From: a virus | Lineage: Duplodnaviria > Caudoviricetes | Strand: one strand, 5' to 3' | DNA: 58,491 bases | Virus record (IMG/VR): IMGVR_UViG_3300027659_000039 | Coordinates: 1-58,491 of that record | The notes under the pieces: generated by a model | Seen by the model: the letters and a program-made list of their open reading frames with translations, nothing else | What the model was told of the DNA's origin: nothing | The model's database searches: none | Program-made: the position numbers and the translations under genes | In this document: positions 17,613 through 27,833 of the stretch, piece by piece | Layout: every line of letters starts with the position of its first letter | How positions within the stretch are numbered: the stretch's first letter is position 1

Positions 17613-18673
17613 TATGCTTCTTCCTCTTCGTTAGTTTCGATTGTTGTAGGAGTTGCTGTAACAGAGTTGTCCCACTCTTTCATAATTGTCATGAGTTTAT
17701 CCTCACTCCAATTCTTACGGAACTCTGCAACAATCTCACCAGTTTCTTTACTGGTGTATGCTAATTTATTCCCAACCTTAGATAATACACCCATTTTCTC
17801 AAACATATCGACTAAACCTGAACTAGGAGCCATACCAGTTGAATATGGAATCTCAACTTGTACACTTTCAAAAGGTTTAGCATAACGAGTTTTCATAATC
17901 TTACATGCGGCACGGATCCCTAACACATCAGTAACTTTGTTACCATCTGCGTCAACTTTGAGTTTGAGTTTCTTCATAGCAACAACAATTGATGATGCGT
18001 AAACAAAGCCTTGCCCACCTGAAATTTTGTCATCCGGGTCAAACATGTCTTGACTTGCGTATGTGTGGTTGGTACAAACCATACCTACGTTGTAACTACC
18101 AAACATGTTCACACAGTTACGAACAAGACTTGTAAGTGCTTTGGGTTTACGACCCATATCACCTTTCATTTCGCCTGCTTCGAACTGATTTACGTCAGTT
18201 GGAGTAAGCAACATGCCTAACGAGTCGATTACAAACAACACCTTTGGACGTTCTTCCAAAGGCATTACTTTAAACTCTTTCATGAACTCTGAAATAGTTT
18301 TAGCCACATCATCGATCATTGCCATGTTAAGTTTAAGTAACTTATCTTCGCTTGTGTCAACACCTAAATCTAGTAACCACTGTTTGTCCAAAGCATTTTC
18401 GCTGTCAACTAAGACAACAAAAATGCCCTGTGCTTGAGCGGCTCTAATAATGTTTCCAGAACAGATATATGATTTACCTGCGCCGGATTCTCCAGCAAAC
18501 ACAGTTACCTTACCTAAAGGAACTCCTTTAAAGAAGTCCCCCGAGATAAGATAGTTTAGTGCATAGTTGCCAGTACTAACCCAATCAGTTGGGTCGTTAA
18601 AACCAATTCCTAAGCCATCAATACTCTTGGTGATAGACTTGCGGAACTTCGAAATATCGAAGGCCTTTCCCAT
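17612..18673 (-). CDS. uvsX: RecA/UvsX recombinase
   Basis: STGNYALN, GESGAGKS, VDSENALD, VIDSLG, TNHTY, SGG motifs. Confidence 0.92.
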   Translation of the reverse strand: MGKAFDISKFRKSITKSIDGLGIGFNDPTDWVSTGNYALNYLISGDFFKGVPLGKVTVFAGESGAGKSYICSGNIIRAAQAQGIFVVLVDSENALDKQWLLDLGVDTSEDKLLKLNMAMIDDVAKTISEFMKEFKVMPLEERPKVLFVIDSLGMLLTPTDVNQFEAGEMKGDMGRKPKALTSLVRNCVNMFGSYNVGMVCTNHTYASQDMFDPDDKISGGQGFVYASSIVVAMKKLKLKVDADGNKVTDVLGIRAACKIMKTRYAKPFESVQVEIPYSTGMAPSSGLVDMFEKMGVLSKVGNKLAYTSKETGEIVAEFRKNWSEDKLMTIMKEWDNSVTATPTTIETNEEEEA

Positions 18674-18687
18674 GGTCTATCTCCTTA

Positions 18688-19683
18688 TTATTGCTTTTGA
18701 CGATTACGAATCATTGCCAAGATATCTTGGGCACGTGAACTAGCACTGTCTCCAGTGTCAGCTGATTCAGCAACTTTGAGTGCGGGTGCTGGAGCCGCTT
18801 TCTCAAAAGGGATCTCATCCTCGTCTATTGACGGAGCAGGTGTCGGAGCCGCTTTTGGAGCCGCTTGTGTGTTTGACCCAGTAGCTGAACCGCTACCGCC
18901 CATACCTGCTGGTTTGAAATACTGACCCCAGCGTTCCATATCAAATGCGTCGCCATCTACTGATGCTTCAAACATTTCTTTCATAACTTTGAGTTCAACT
19001 TCGCCCGGTTTCTTAGGCAGGAAGCTCTTAAGATCAAATACGCCATACTGCTTAATAGCGGCTTGTTCTGCTTCGCTTAGAGCACGTTCACGACGAGCCC
19101 ATGTACTGGTAGAATAATCAGCATAACCGCCTTTACTAGTCTTAGTGATCTTAAAATCCAGACCACGAACATAGTCTGTTGGCAACTCTTCGATCTCGGC
19201 GTCCATTAATGCGTTTTTAACAATGTTAAAAATCTGACTTCCGATAATAAATCGACGAATTGGGTTCTCTGGAGTTTTATCTTCCTGGTACTTGCTGTCA
19301 ACAACAAATCCTTGGAAAAGATAAGATTTCTTTTTCCAATATTTGCGACCCATATCTTCCAGGCTCTTATCTTTGAACCAAGGACGCACCTCAGTAAGTA
19401 TTGGACAAGTTTCGCCCCACATTTCCATACAAGGAACTTGCACTTGTGTAGGTTTGCTGTTTGTTTCACCCTTTACTCCTGCGAACGGCAATTTGATCAT
19501 TGCTCGTTCGATCCAGAAGAATGTGTTATTTGGATCAGCATCAGGCAAGAAACGAACGGTTGCGTTTGTTCCTTCTGCGATATTCCAATGGGGGTAAATT
19601 GCGTTGTCACCACCGCCTGCGCCGCCGGTGTTTTGTTGTGATGATGCTTGAAGTTTTGCGCGAATTTCTGCTAAAGTTGCCAT
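18688..19683 (-). CDS. single-stranded DNA-binding protein (T4 gp32-like)
   Basis: VRFLP, C..W...CPI, GLDFKI.K...GYADY..S; acidic flexible C-terminus. Confidence 0.85.
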   Translation of the reverse strand: MATLAEIRAKLQASSQQNTGGAGGGDNAIYPHWNIAEGTNATVRFLPDADPNNTFFWIERAMIKLPFAGVKGETNSKPTQVQVPCMEMWGETCPILTEVRPWFKDKSLEDMGRKYWKKKSYLFQGFVVDSKYQEDKTPENPIRRFIIGSQIFNIVKNALMDAEIEELPTDYVRGLDFKITKTSKGGYADYSTSTWARRERALSEAEQAAIKQYGVFDLKSFLPKKPGEVELKVMKEMFEASVDGDAFDMERWGQYFKPAGMGGSGSATGSNTQAAPKAAPTPAPSIDEDEIPFEKAAPAPALKVAESADTGDSASSRAQDILAMIRNRQKQ

Positions 19684-19746
19684 AATGATTTATCCTTAAT
19701 GTTTAATTTTATGTGCCATTCCTTTAAAGCCAACTGACTAAAAAGA

Positions 19747-19778
19747 AAAAGTGCATATAGTTAACTATACGCACTTTT
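19747..19778 (-). terminator. hairpin/U-tract terminator overlapping the gp32 promoter
   Basis: aaaagtgcgtatag-ttaa-ctatatgcactttt followed by T-rich tract on the - strand. Confidence 0.7.
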
Positions 19779-19816
19779 ATTTATCTCTGCAACCTAAACG
19801 GTGCTAAAAATATGGT

Positions 19817-22030
19817 TTATTTTGCCAAACCTGCAAGTTTTATAATGTTAGAAAACTCATCATCTTCTCTCATTGGTTTTGCTGGTTGTATAGCAGGTGG
19901 TGCCGGTGTAGCAGGTGTTGCCGGCGCTACTCTGATAGCATTACCAGGTTCTATAGTTGTAACTTTCCCTACAGATTTTGAAGAAACACCTTCTGGATCA
20001 CCGCTTGGTGCGGTAACATTTGGCTGTCCAGGTTTTGGAGCATCTGCTGTCCAAACGCCGCCTTGAATTGACCCTTCGCTTTGTCCGGAAAGTTTTGCAA
20101 CAAATTTCTCTGCTAACTTGCCTGCTTGGTCACCAAGTTCTTTTCTTACATGAATAATAACACCCTCTTCACCTTTTGGAAACGGTCCAAGCCCTTGCTC
20201 TTTATGATTCCTGTTATAGAAAGATTTTACCAGTTCAGCAATCTTTTTAACATTGGGCCCGATTGGTAGTCTTTTATTATTCTTTGAAAGAATAGTATCT
20301 TCATTTTCTTCATCTGGTCTAGATTCATACATGCCAACTTCATCTACAACCTTTTCCATATGTTGTAGTTCGCTTAGTGTATCAGCAAGAAAATCTTCGT
20401 CATAACTTAGTAGGTAACGAATCTCTTTATGATCCATACCTAATTTCATCATGGCGCCGCCGATCATTTTGATAAGCTGTTGTTCATTACGCGGTTCATA
20501 TCTTGCACCTTTATCAAACAGATAACGAGCAACTTTATAACTTGTACGGTCCTCTGCATCTTCACTTACTGGTTGTCCAACAGGAACCTGTGTTGGTTGT
20601 ACTAGACCAAATTCTTGGGCAGCTTCTGGATCTTCTTTTGCTAACCATTCACCTACAGGGTCTGATAGGGGAGTATTTGGGTCAATAGCGGCTTTGCCTT
20701 CGATTAGTTTTTGCAATTCTTCATCGCTGATGCCTATACCTTCTAGAGCTTCGATTGCGGCGGTGCCGTCAACTCCTAAGGTTGTTCCTTGGTCTAATAG
20801 ATCTTTAAGAGCCATTAGTGTATCTGGTTCAATTCTTCCTTCTACTATTGCATCAGCCCAGTTGGTAAATTTTGTAAAATAATTTTCTTTTACATTAGTA
20901 TCGCATGAACACTTGCTTTCCCACATGCCACATTCGGTACATTTGCTCTCGTCGACGTCGTCCCAACGTTTATCGTCAGCATTGTCATCTGGATGTTCTG
21001 GCTTGTCGGCCGGGCCTTCTTTAACATAATCTTCTAGGTCAACAGTTCCTGCTTCTTGCATAATGCTGTGTATTAATGGAAAGTATTGTGCTAGGTCTTC
21101 TTTAAAACTACTGATGGTAAACTTTGATTTGTAGTCTTCCATAGTAGCCTGGTCCATTTCCATAGTTGGAGACATTGCTGGCTGGAATGATTCAGACCAA
21201 GATTCGTAATGATGTTGCTTGCTTAATGAATTTAATTGACTGCGTAATGATTCTAATTTCATTCCTGCACGGTCAGCAATTTCATTTACTTCTTGGTTCA
21301 TACCGTCGTGATTACTAACATGGCGTCTAAATGCTGTTAGTTGCGCTATTTGTTCACTCATGTTAACAATAGAACCACCTAGATCGTCATATGGGCGACC
21401 GCCATTAGACACATGTCGTTGCATTGCCTTAGCGCCTGCAACATGAATGAATGGGTATTTAAATCTTTCGCCCTCTGCATTTTCGATGTATAACGCTTTA
21501 ATATTACCAGCTCTACTTCTAGCACCGAAACTTTCGTCTTCAATACTGTTGTGATGCTTGGCAATTAATTTTGTTTTTTCTAGTACACGGTAACTAGTTT
21601 TTTTACCGCCTTGAAATTTTATAGATTCACTCATATTCATATTTTCTTCCTTAGAGCCCTTCGAAGCTAGAAATTGGAAATCATCTTTGTTAAGATTACT
21701 CTTTGTGATATCCCTAGTGTCAAAACGCAATAGTCTACGTTTAGCAAAACTACGCATTTCTTTTAAAAAGTCATACCATACGTGGTGTGTATTATCGTCA
21801 GCACTTTCTAAAATACTTTTGCTATAGAATAATTTTAATGTTCCTAATTCGTTTATGCTGATACTAACTCTTCCCAAGTTATGGTCTTCATTAACAAAGT
21901 CAAAATCAAAGAATCTAGCCTGTCTAGGATCCATAGTTACGCCACCGTTTTCGTCACCCATTTCCAAATTCTGGAAACGACTGCGGATTTTGTCAAAAAC
22001 GTCCTGGCTGATAATCTCAATAGTCTTCAT
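19817..22030 (-). CDS. large hypothetical protein, probably virion/head-associated
   Basis: 737 aa, acidic; late motif at 22036-22041; follows terminase. Confidence 0.7.
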   Translation of the reverse strand: MKTIEIISQDVFDKIRSRFQNLEMGDENGGVTMDPRQARFFDFDFVNEDHNLGRVSISINELGTLKLFYSKSILESADDNTHHVWYDFLKEMRSFAKRRLLRFDTRDITKSNLNKDDFQFLASKGSKEENMNMSESIKFQGGKKTSYRVLEKTKLIAKHHNSIEDESFGARSRAGNIKALYIENAEGERFKYPFIHVAGAKAMQRHVSNGGRPYDDLGGSIVNMSEQIAQLTAFRRHVSNHDGMNQEVNEIADRAGMKLESLRSQLNSLSKQHHYESWSESFQPAMSPTMEMDQATMEDYKSKFTISSFKEDLAQYFPLIHSIMQEAGTVDLEDYVKEGPADKPEHPDDNADDKRWDDVDESKCTECGMWESKCSCDTNVKENYFTKFTNWADAIVEGRIEPDTLMALKDLLDQGTTLGVDGTAAIEALEGIGISDEELQKLIEGKAAIDPNTPLSDPVGEWLAKEDPEAAQEFGLVQPTQVPVGQPVSEDAEDRTSYKVARYLFDKGARYEPRNEQQLIKMIGGAMMKLGMDHKEIRYLLSYDEDFLADTLSELQHMEKVVDEVGMYESRPDEENEDTILSKNNKRLPIGPNVKKIAELVKSFYNRNHKEQGLGPFPKGEEGVIIHVRKELGDQAGKLAEKFVAKLSGQSEGSIQGGVWTADAPKPGQPNVTAPSGDPEGVSSKSVGKVTTIEPGNAIRVAPATPATPAPPAIQPAKPMREDDEFSNIIKLAGLAK

Positions 22031-22041
22031 AGTATTATTTA

Positions 22042-23631
22042 TTAAAAACTGCTGATGTAGATCGGCATAGGCATTTCGTAGTCCTCTAAACGGGCGTCTT
22101 CGACCATCTTATTATATACTATAGGATCCCAGTCTCCTAGCATCATAATCATGCGTATAGCTAATAACATAGCAGATACAAGATCGTCACTTTCTTCGTT
22201 TTTTCCTTTAAATGTAATGCCATGCGCAACAAATGTCTTTAATTCTGATATTAAACTTTTACTCGAAACAGTTAATTTGTTCTGTTCGACAAGTTGTTTT
22301 AGCTTGGCGCAAGCTGAAATTTTAGACTGATTTGTTGTGTTAAACCCTCTACGGAATCTGCGAACGTGTCCTTTTTTAATAGGTTCACTTAAGAACATCC
22401 CGGGTATGCTTTCTTCGCCCATTTCATTAATAGACACCAGGGCGGCTTCGCCCACTGTGTTATTTTCTACTGAATAGTATATACTGGCCGGAAATCCTTG
22501 ATTCATACATTGTTCTTCGATGTACTTACAAATATCCCGTAAGATCTTAACCTGTTGCTGAATAGGAGTTAGATTGTTTTGCCATTCTCCTACTTGTTTT
22601 AAACTAGGAATTTCTATAACTTCAATGCCGGAATAGTTTCCCCCCGTGCCTAAACTTGGGTCGTGGGCAACAATATAGGTACATGCTGGGTTTATTTTTC
22701 CATACCATCGTACTTGCCCCATTTTGTAAACTGGTTCAATACCTTCCATATTTGCTAGGGTAATACTGTTAATCAGTGTTTCGTCAAAGATTAAGAATTC
22801 ACATTCGTGTTCACGACGGAAACGTTCTTCGCCAATCCTACCTTTTTCTTCATCTGCCCACTTTTGATCTCTATCAGGGTGTTCAGACCAGTGTGCTTTA
22901 AACGGAAAGAACCCGTTACGTCCTACTATTTGTTCATTGCCAAACTCGTCAAAGCGTTTATTGGCCTCGTTCCAAATCATAGCAAATTGATCTTCATCTG
23001 AATTTGGTGTACTTGTAATAATAGCCTTACCACCAGTTGCTAGTGTAGGACTAATAGATGTCCAGAATTCTGTAGCAATGTTTGGCGGGACAAACGCAAA
23101 CTCGTCAGCGTATAGCAATGATAGTGACATACCACGACCAGTAGTTTCTGTAGTTGTCTGCGCCACAATACGTGACCCGTTGTCAAATTCTATACTTTCT
23201 TTATTATAACTTGTGACACCACATCGTATATGATCTGGACATAATTCGTATGCGTACCTAATACGATTCATAATTTCTCGAGCACCTGTATACTTGTGTG
23301 CGGCAATTAGAATAGTCGAATCCGGAATAAACATGGCAAACCATAACAGGTATCCTGCCGCTGTGGTAGTCTTGCCTGTTTGACGTGGAAGTAAGTTTAC
23401 ATTAAATCGATGGGTATGATAACTGTCAACTAACCGTTTTTGATACTCAAATGGTTGGTATAATAACTTACCTCTAGTAGGATGTTGTATATGAAAGAAA
23501 TTGTTTAGGAAGTAATGGGGGCCGTTAACTTGGTCCATACACCCTGCAAGATCCTGTATGTCCTTTTCAGTAAACCGTTGTGTACTGTGTGCTGTTTTTA
23601 CCAGCTTGCCGTCTAAGTTTTTGCTTCCCAT
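22042..23631 (-). CDS. terminase large subunit (gp17-like)
   Basis: PRQTGKTT, LLYADEFAF, IITSTPN, FRREHECEF, AHDPSLG, VENN, DDLVSA. Confidence 0.95.
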   Translation of the reverse strand: MGSKNLDGKLVKTAHSTQRFTEKDIQDLAGCMDQVNGPHYFLNNFFHIQHPTRGKLLYQPFEYQKRLVDSYHTHRFNVNLLPRQTGKTTTAAGYLLWFAMFIPDSTILIAAHKYTGAREIMNRIRYAYELCPDHIRCGVTSYNKESIEFDNGSRIVAQTTTETTGRGMSLSLLYADEFAFVPPNIATEFWTSISPTLATGGKAIITSTPNSDEDQFAMIWNEANKRFDEFGNEQIVGRNGFFPFKAHWSEHPDRDQKWADEEKGRIGEERFRREHECEFLIFDETLINSITLANMEGIEPVYKMGQVRWYGKINPACTYIVAHDPSLGTGGNYSGIEVIEIPSLKQVGEWQNNLTPIQQQVKILRDICKYIEEQCMNQGFPASIYYSVENNTVGEAALVSINEMGEESIPGMFLSEPIKKGHVRRFRRGFNTTNQSKISACAKLKQLVEQNKLTVSSKSLISELKTFVAHGITFKGKNEESDDLVSAMLLAIRMIMMLGDWDPIVYNKMVEDARLEDYEMPMPIYISSF

Positions 23632-23645
23632 GCGAGTATTTAATG

Positions 23646-23673
23646 AAAAAAATAGCCTCCGAAGAGGCTATTT
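23646..23673 (-). terminator. intrinsic terminator with cUUCGg tetraloop
   Basis: aaatagcctc-TTCG-gaggctattttttt on the - strand. Confidence 0.9.
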
Positions 23674-23687
23674 GGTAAGCATTTTAA

Positions 23688-24716
23688 TCAAGCGTTTTTT
23701 AAACGATCATCTTTTTCAGCTGGCTTCGTGTCCTTGGCAACTTCTTTTGATGCAGGCTTCTTTTTCTTGAAGGACGGATAAGGTGCTGTCTGCGTGAATG
23801 CGTTGGAGACCGGTCTCACACCTTTGTACTCCGCCTCTTGCATTGAGCCTTCGTCATACTTGTTATATTTGGCACGTACTGGTTCTAAGGATTTACCTTT
23901 TTTACCAGCATCAGCTAAAGCCTTCATACCTTTTTTGCCATACTTCTCGTGGCCTTTAGCAGCACGGCTCATAGTCTTTCCCTCGCCTTCGTTTACAAAC
24001 TTCTTGTATTCATACATTAGACGATCTTCAAGAGTTGCATTACCTTTAGGCATATTGCCGTCCATACGATTTCCTACATTGGTTGCATTTGAGTTGTAGG
24101 CAAACTTGTTACTGTCGTGTGGTGGAATAGCAGTAGGATCGGCTGGGGTATTGTCGTAACTCTCAAGCCCTAATTCGTCTTTGCTAGTTCCTGATAATTC
24201 GTCAGCCATGTCGCGTACTTGGTCAGCCATGTCACCTATGTCAATTGGCTCACCGCCCATGCTACCCATATCACCGCCTAGATCGCCCCCGTCTAGATTA
24301 TCTAGGCCACCGCCTGCATCAGCGCCCGCCTCTGGTGGAGGTAGAGCTGTCATTGTTGTTTCATCCTCTGGACCATTTAGTGTGTCCAGCATACTGCGCA
24401 TGATCTCATTGTCATTCGGAGTATATTGAGGACCTTCGTCCCCCATTGTTGGCTCGTTACCCATTACTGGTTCTTCGCCGCCAGCGTCGGTTTTATGGAC
24501 TCCGGCTAGATTCATAATTTGACTTAGCATACCGGCAACTTCGTCACCGTCTGCTGCCGATGCATTGATGCTAAAAGATGCAGGTGGGCGATTCGGCTCC
24601 ATGCCTCCCATCATTCCCATTGGGCCGCATTCAGCTAGATTTGCATCTTCTTTTACTATATTTGGATTAGTAGAATCTAGTTCTGCTAACCGCTTCATTA
24701 CATCGATCATTTGCAT
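23688..24716 (-). CDS. acidic low-complexity hypothetical protein (possible internal head protein)
   Basis: 342 aa, D/E/G/M-rich with basic C-terminus; AAGGA RBS. Confidence 0.7.
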   Translation of the reverse strand: MQMIDVMKRLAELDSTNPNIVKEDANLAECGPMGMMGGMEPNRPPASFSINASAADGDEVAGMLSQIMNLAGVHKTDAGGEEPVMGNEPTMGDEGPQYTPNDNEIMRSMLDTLNGPEDETTMTALPPPEAGADAGGGLDNLDGGDLGGDMGSMGGEPIDIGDMADQVRDMADELSGTSKDELGLESYDNTPADPTAIPPHDSNKFAYNSNATNVGNRMDGNMPKGNATLEDRLMYEYKKFVNEGEGKTMSRAAKGHEKYGKKGMKALADAGKKGKSLEPVRAKYNKYDEGSMQEAEYKGVRPVSNAFTQTAPYPSFKKKKPASKEVAKDTKPAEKDDRLKNA

Positions 24717-24718
24717 AA

Positions 24719-25306
24719 TTATTTCCTTAGGTCTTCTGCTTGTTTTAAAACAGTTTGTGTGCCAGCGACAGAATCTGTATTATATTTTGCCACGGTGTCA
24801 GAGGGAATAACTTCTCCTCTTTCTTTTCTTTGTAGTTTGAGAATATCATTTAATTCTTTTAAAAATTTAGAATTATAAGTGGCGCCATAATAGTCTTCAA
24901 ATTTAGCATTTGGAGATTCTTTATATTCGGCATCTGTAAGTAACGGGCCGTCGCGCCTTTCTTTAGGCTCTTGGTATTCTTCACTTGGCTCACCTGGACG
25001 ACGAACAGCTAAATTTTCTTTAGCAATCGCTAGGTTGCTGGCAATATATTCTGTTAGTTCAAACTGTGTTGTAGGATAGTCTAACGAAACTTCGTAGATG
25101 TTAACTGTCGAATTTATTAATTTAGGAAAATCTAATGGAAATTGTTGTACGGGAGTAGATGCAAGTTTTTTGAAACTTGCAATTTTAAATTTGCTTAGAA
25201 TTGATTCTAATTTAGTTTCATTATCCTTGCTAACGTCGCCAGCAATTTTTACACGAAAATCATATTTTTTCGAGCCCTCAGATAGATATTCTTTAAACGG
25301 TTTCAT
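24719..25306 (-). CDS. hypothetical virion protein with capsid-targeting-like N-terminus
   Basis: Starts MKPFKEYLSE; AGGGA RBS. Confidence 0.7.
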   Translation of the reverse strand: MKPFKEYLSEGSKKYDFRVKIAGDVSKDNETKLESILSKFKIASFKKLASTPVQQFPLDFPKLINSTVNIYEVSLDYPTTQFELTEYIASNLAIAKENLAVRRPGEPSEEYQEPKERRDGPLLTDAEYKESPNAKFEDYYGATYNSKFLKELNDILKLQRKERGEVIPSDTVAKYNTDSVAGTQTVLKQAEDLRK

Positions 25307-25323
25307 AATAGTATCCCTATACG

Positions 25324-25797
25324 TTATTTATTCATATTTTTAAGTTTTTCCAAGATGCTGTTACGATCAGTAAGGATATAACCCTCGCCCTCTACTTCAT
25401 CTCCTTTTTCGCCATGCTTCTTGTCTATAGCTAGTTTCTTTAACTGTAGATCGACCATCTTTAACTTTTTATCAATTTTGTTAGTTTTAGCTGTAATAGC
25501 GGCTGATATCATTCCTGTAGCAACTTCAAACATACGGGCGCTATACTTGGCTTCAACCTGCATGGCTAAATCCATAATGTCGTCATACGCCTGTTCAGCT
25601 TTTGCGGCCAACGCATCTAGTTCCCCGTCAGCCATGTCACCTAATCCTTTTACCCTAGGTAATGCGGCGGCAATTTTGTCAAATTCTTCTAGTTTTTCTT
25701 CTAAGTTAAATGTCGGAACTGTAGCAACTTCAGCAGGTTGTTCTATACGTTCATCGTCATGTGATATGTTTAATAATTCTTCAAGTTTCTTAGTCAT
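25324..25797 (-). CDS. putative terminase small subunit (gp16-like)
   Basis: Helical core with SARMFEVA..MI (cf. gp16 PRxYEV); near terL. Confidence 0.6.
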   Translation of the reverse strand: MTKKLEELLNISHDDERIEQPAEVATVPTFNLEEKLEEFDKIAAALPRVKGLGDMADGELDALAAKAEQAYDDIMDLAMQVEAKYSARMFEVATGMISAAITAKTNKIDKKLKMVDLQLKKLAIDKKHGEKGDEVEGEGYILTDRNSILEKLKNMNK

Positions 25798-25801
25798 AAC
25801 A

Positions 25802-26248
25802 TTACTTATTTTTCTTTTTACCAGTATGGTATATATCTTGTTCGCTTATCACTCGAAATTTTAATCCGTGTTGCTGACACCATGCTCGGGCCGCTGACCA
25901 TTTTGCCATGTTTTTAACATACTGTGCTTGGTTATACACATTTTTCCCCACTCTTTCTAGTAAAGACTGATTTGCAGGTTTAATCTCAATTAGCTCTGCA
26001 TGTTTATGTTGATGCTTGTCTAAGTAAACAATTAAAAAGTCGGGAACATAAATTGTATTTTTTCCCGACAGCGGGTCTTTATATGGAATTTTTATACTTT
26101 CACTTGCCCATTCATGTACGCTAGGATTATTATCACAAAACATCATAAAGGTTAACTCCCACCCGCTTCTATATCTAGGATTGTTATTTCCTAAATATTT
26201 TTCTGTATTCTTAACCTGATAAATCCCTTGGCTAAATTTCAAACTCAT
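25802..26248 (-). CDS. head completion nuclease (T4 gp4-like, TnsA-like PD-(D/E)xK)
   Basis: YRSGWE...FCD.N..V.EWASE...IPY...YVPDF...EIKP. Confidence 0.85.
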   Translation of the reverse strand: MSLKFSQGIYQVKNTEKYLGNNNPRYRSGWELTFMMFCDNNPSVHEWASESIKIPYKDPLSGKNTIYVPDFLIVYLDKHQHKHAELIEIKPANQSLLERVGKNVYNQAQYVKNMAKWSAARAWCQQHGLKFRVISEQDIYHTGKKKNK

Positions 26249-26628
26249 GCTAAGATATTTCTTTGAATTTCGTTTGCAGGTATTGCTGTAGGAGTTAGGC
26301 CAAGACTACTAGATTTAAATCGATTAAAATTTAATATTTCCCCTACAAGGCCACTTAGTTGTAATTGTGATAAACCGGTTAGTGTATCTATAATTTGAAA
26401 TTCGTTTATTTTGTCTTTCTTGGCCTGAGATAAAATTATTACTGCTATTGTTTCTGCCGCACTTTCTCCAAATCCTCTGCTCTCAAAGAAACCTTTAACT
26501 GCCGTTAAACTATTTCCATTAATTTCAATAGGCACCTGATAAAATTGATCAAAGAATTTTAATGTGGTACTAGCACTGTTTTCTGGATTGTCTGGTGGGA
26601 TATTGTTATAAAATGTTTTATTGATCAT
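26245..26628 (-). CDS. hypothetical protein
   Basis: 127-aa coupled ORF in the structural operon. Confidence 0.7.
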   Translation of the reverse strand: MINKTFYNNIPPDNPENSASTTLKFFDQFYQVPIEINGNSLTAVKGFFESRGFGESAAETIAVIILSQAKKDKINEFQIIDTLTGLSQLQLSGLVGEILNFNRFKSSSLGLTPTAIPANEIQRNILA

Positions 26629-26631
26629 ATA

Positions 26632-27774
26632 TTAATTAACTGGTACGCCCTTGCCGTTTGCACTAATAGTACTGACGGCTTGTGCTCCTCTTTTTAGAAC
26701 ATTAACTGCTCCTGGGTTAACAGAATTTGCAATACCGCTAGTAAAATTTTCCACACTGGTAGTAAGATCAGCTCTACCGCCAGTGGCTACACTATTCAGC
26801 CCTCCAGCAAGAATACTATATCCTTCTGCCTTGATGCTCTGAGCAGTAATCTTGCTAACATTTTTAGCCAGGTTGGCGGCCGAGATACCTGCTTTTAAAT
26901 AATCTAAAGGACTAGAGTTTTCATCTAGGCTGCTTATTTCATCAAACAAATCACCTGCACCTGTAATGGCTCCAAAAATTCCGCCTCCTCCACCTACTGC
27001 TAATGGACTAGGTGTTGTATCATAATGATTATCTTTGAAATTAACATTAGCCTTCTTGAGCTTGCCTGAAGTGTAATTAACTGATTCGTATGCAACAGTC
27101 ATTCGATTCTCTGACATCCTACTTCCTTGAGTTTGGTCAAGACTACTACTATCCCATCCAGTAATAATTGGATTAACTAGGGTAGTGCAATAATATTGTT
27201 GCCTATTCATCTGATAAATTTCTATCTGATCAAAGAATCTAGATTCGTGTGCTGTGTTAAAACCGTATCTTTTTTGTTCTGTATTAAATTTAGTATCTGC
27301 AAACGCAGGGTCTCTCGAGACTCCTGAAAACTGATTTGATGTTCCTTTATAACGACTATCTGCGTAGTAATATTGGTAATATAATTCCCATAGCTTTGAT
27401 GTAGCATTACCTTGATCATCGTGCCAGCTAATTGAGATAGGTGCATATGATATTTTTGTCTGCACAATAGTTTTTCTATTATACTGATTAAGAACTTCAT
27501 TGCCAATTGTAAATTTTGGCCTGTCCACACTCTTAGCTAGGATCCCCACAAACGGCATTGATCTTTTAGCCCAGGCCGCACCGCCCGGAAGAGCGCTTAT
27601 CTGGGAATCAACATCTGTGTTTATTTTAACCACAACATAATACATCCACCCTGCTTTTGGGGCATAGTCGTAGAATTTATCATTTCTATATAGTCGAGTC
27701 GCATGTTGAGCGTTACGAAGATATCCTTCGGAACCAAACACGCTGTCCATGAAATTAGTTAGTAAATTGGCCAT
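26632..27774 (-). CDS. tail tube-fold protein (tube initiator, gp54/gp48-like)
   Basis: KSVDRPKF...NQYNRK..VQTKISY.PI.I.WHDD pattern paralogous to tube protein; follows tube gene. Confidence 0.6.
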   Translation of the reverse strand: MANLLTNFMDSVFGSEGYLRNAQHATRLYRNDKFYDYAPKAGWMYYVVVKINTDVDSQISALPGGAAWAKRSMPFVGILAKSVDRPKFTIGNEVLNQYNRKTIVQTKISYAPISISWHDDQGNATSKLWELYYQYYYADSRYKGTSNQFSGVSRDPAFADTKFNTEQKRYGFNTAHESRFFDQIEIYQMNRQQYYCTTLVNPIITGWDSSSLDQTQGSRMSENRMTVAYESVNYTSGKLKKANVNFKDNHYDTTPSPLAVGGGGGIFGAITGAGDLFDEISSLDENSSPLDYLKAGISAANLAKNVSKITAQSIKAEGYSILAGGLNSVATGGRADLTTSVENFTSGIANSVNPGAVNVLKRGAQAVSTISANGKGVPVN

Positions 27775-27791
27775 ATAGATATTTATCTTAT

Positions 27792-27819
27792 AAAAAAAGG
27801 TCCTCGAGGACCTTTTTTT
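27792..27819. terminator. perfect palindromic bidirectional terminator
   Basis: aaaaaaaggtcc-tcga-ggaccttttttt after the tail tube gene. Confidence 0.85.
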
Positions 27820-27833
27820 GATTACTGTAAATT

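Noticed and set aside
6540-23631. Inteins or introns in helicases, recombinase or terminase
   Set aside because: Proteins are of ordinary length with contiguous motifs; no splicing motifs seen
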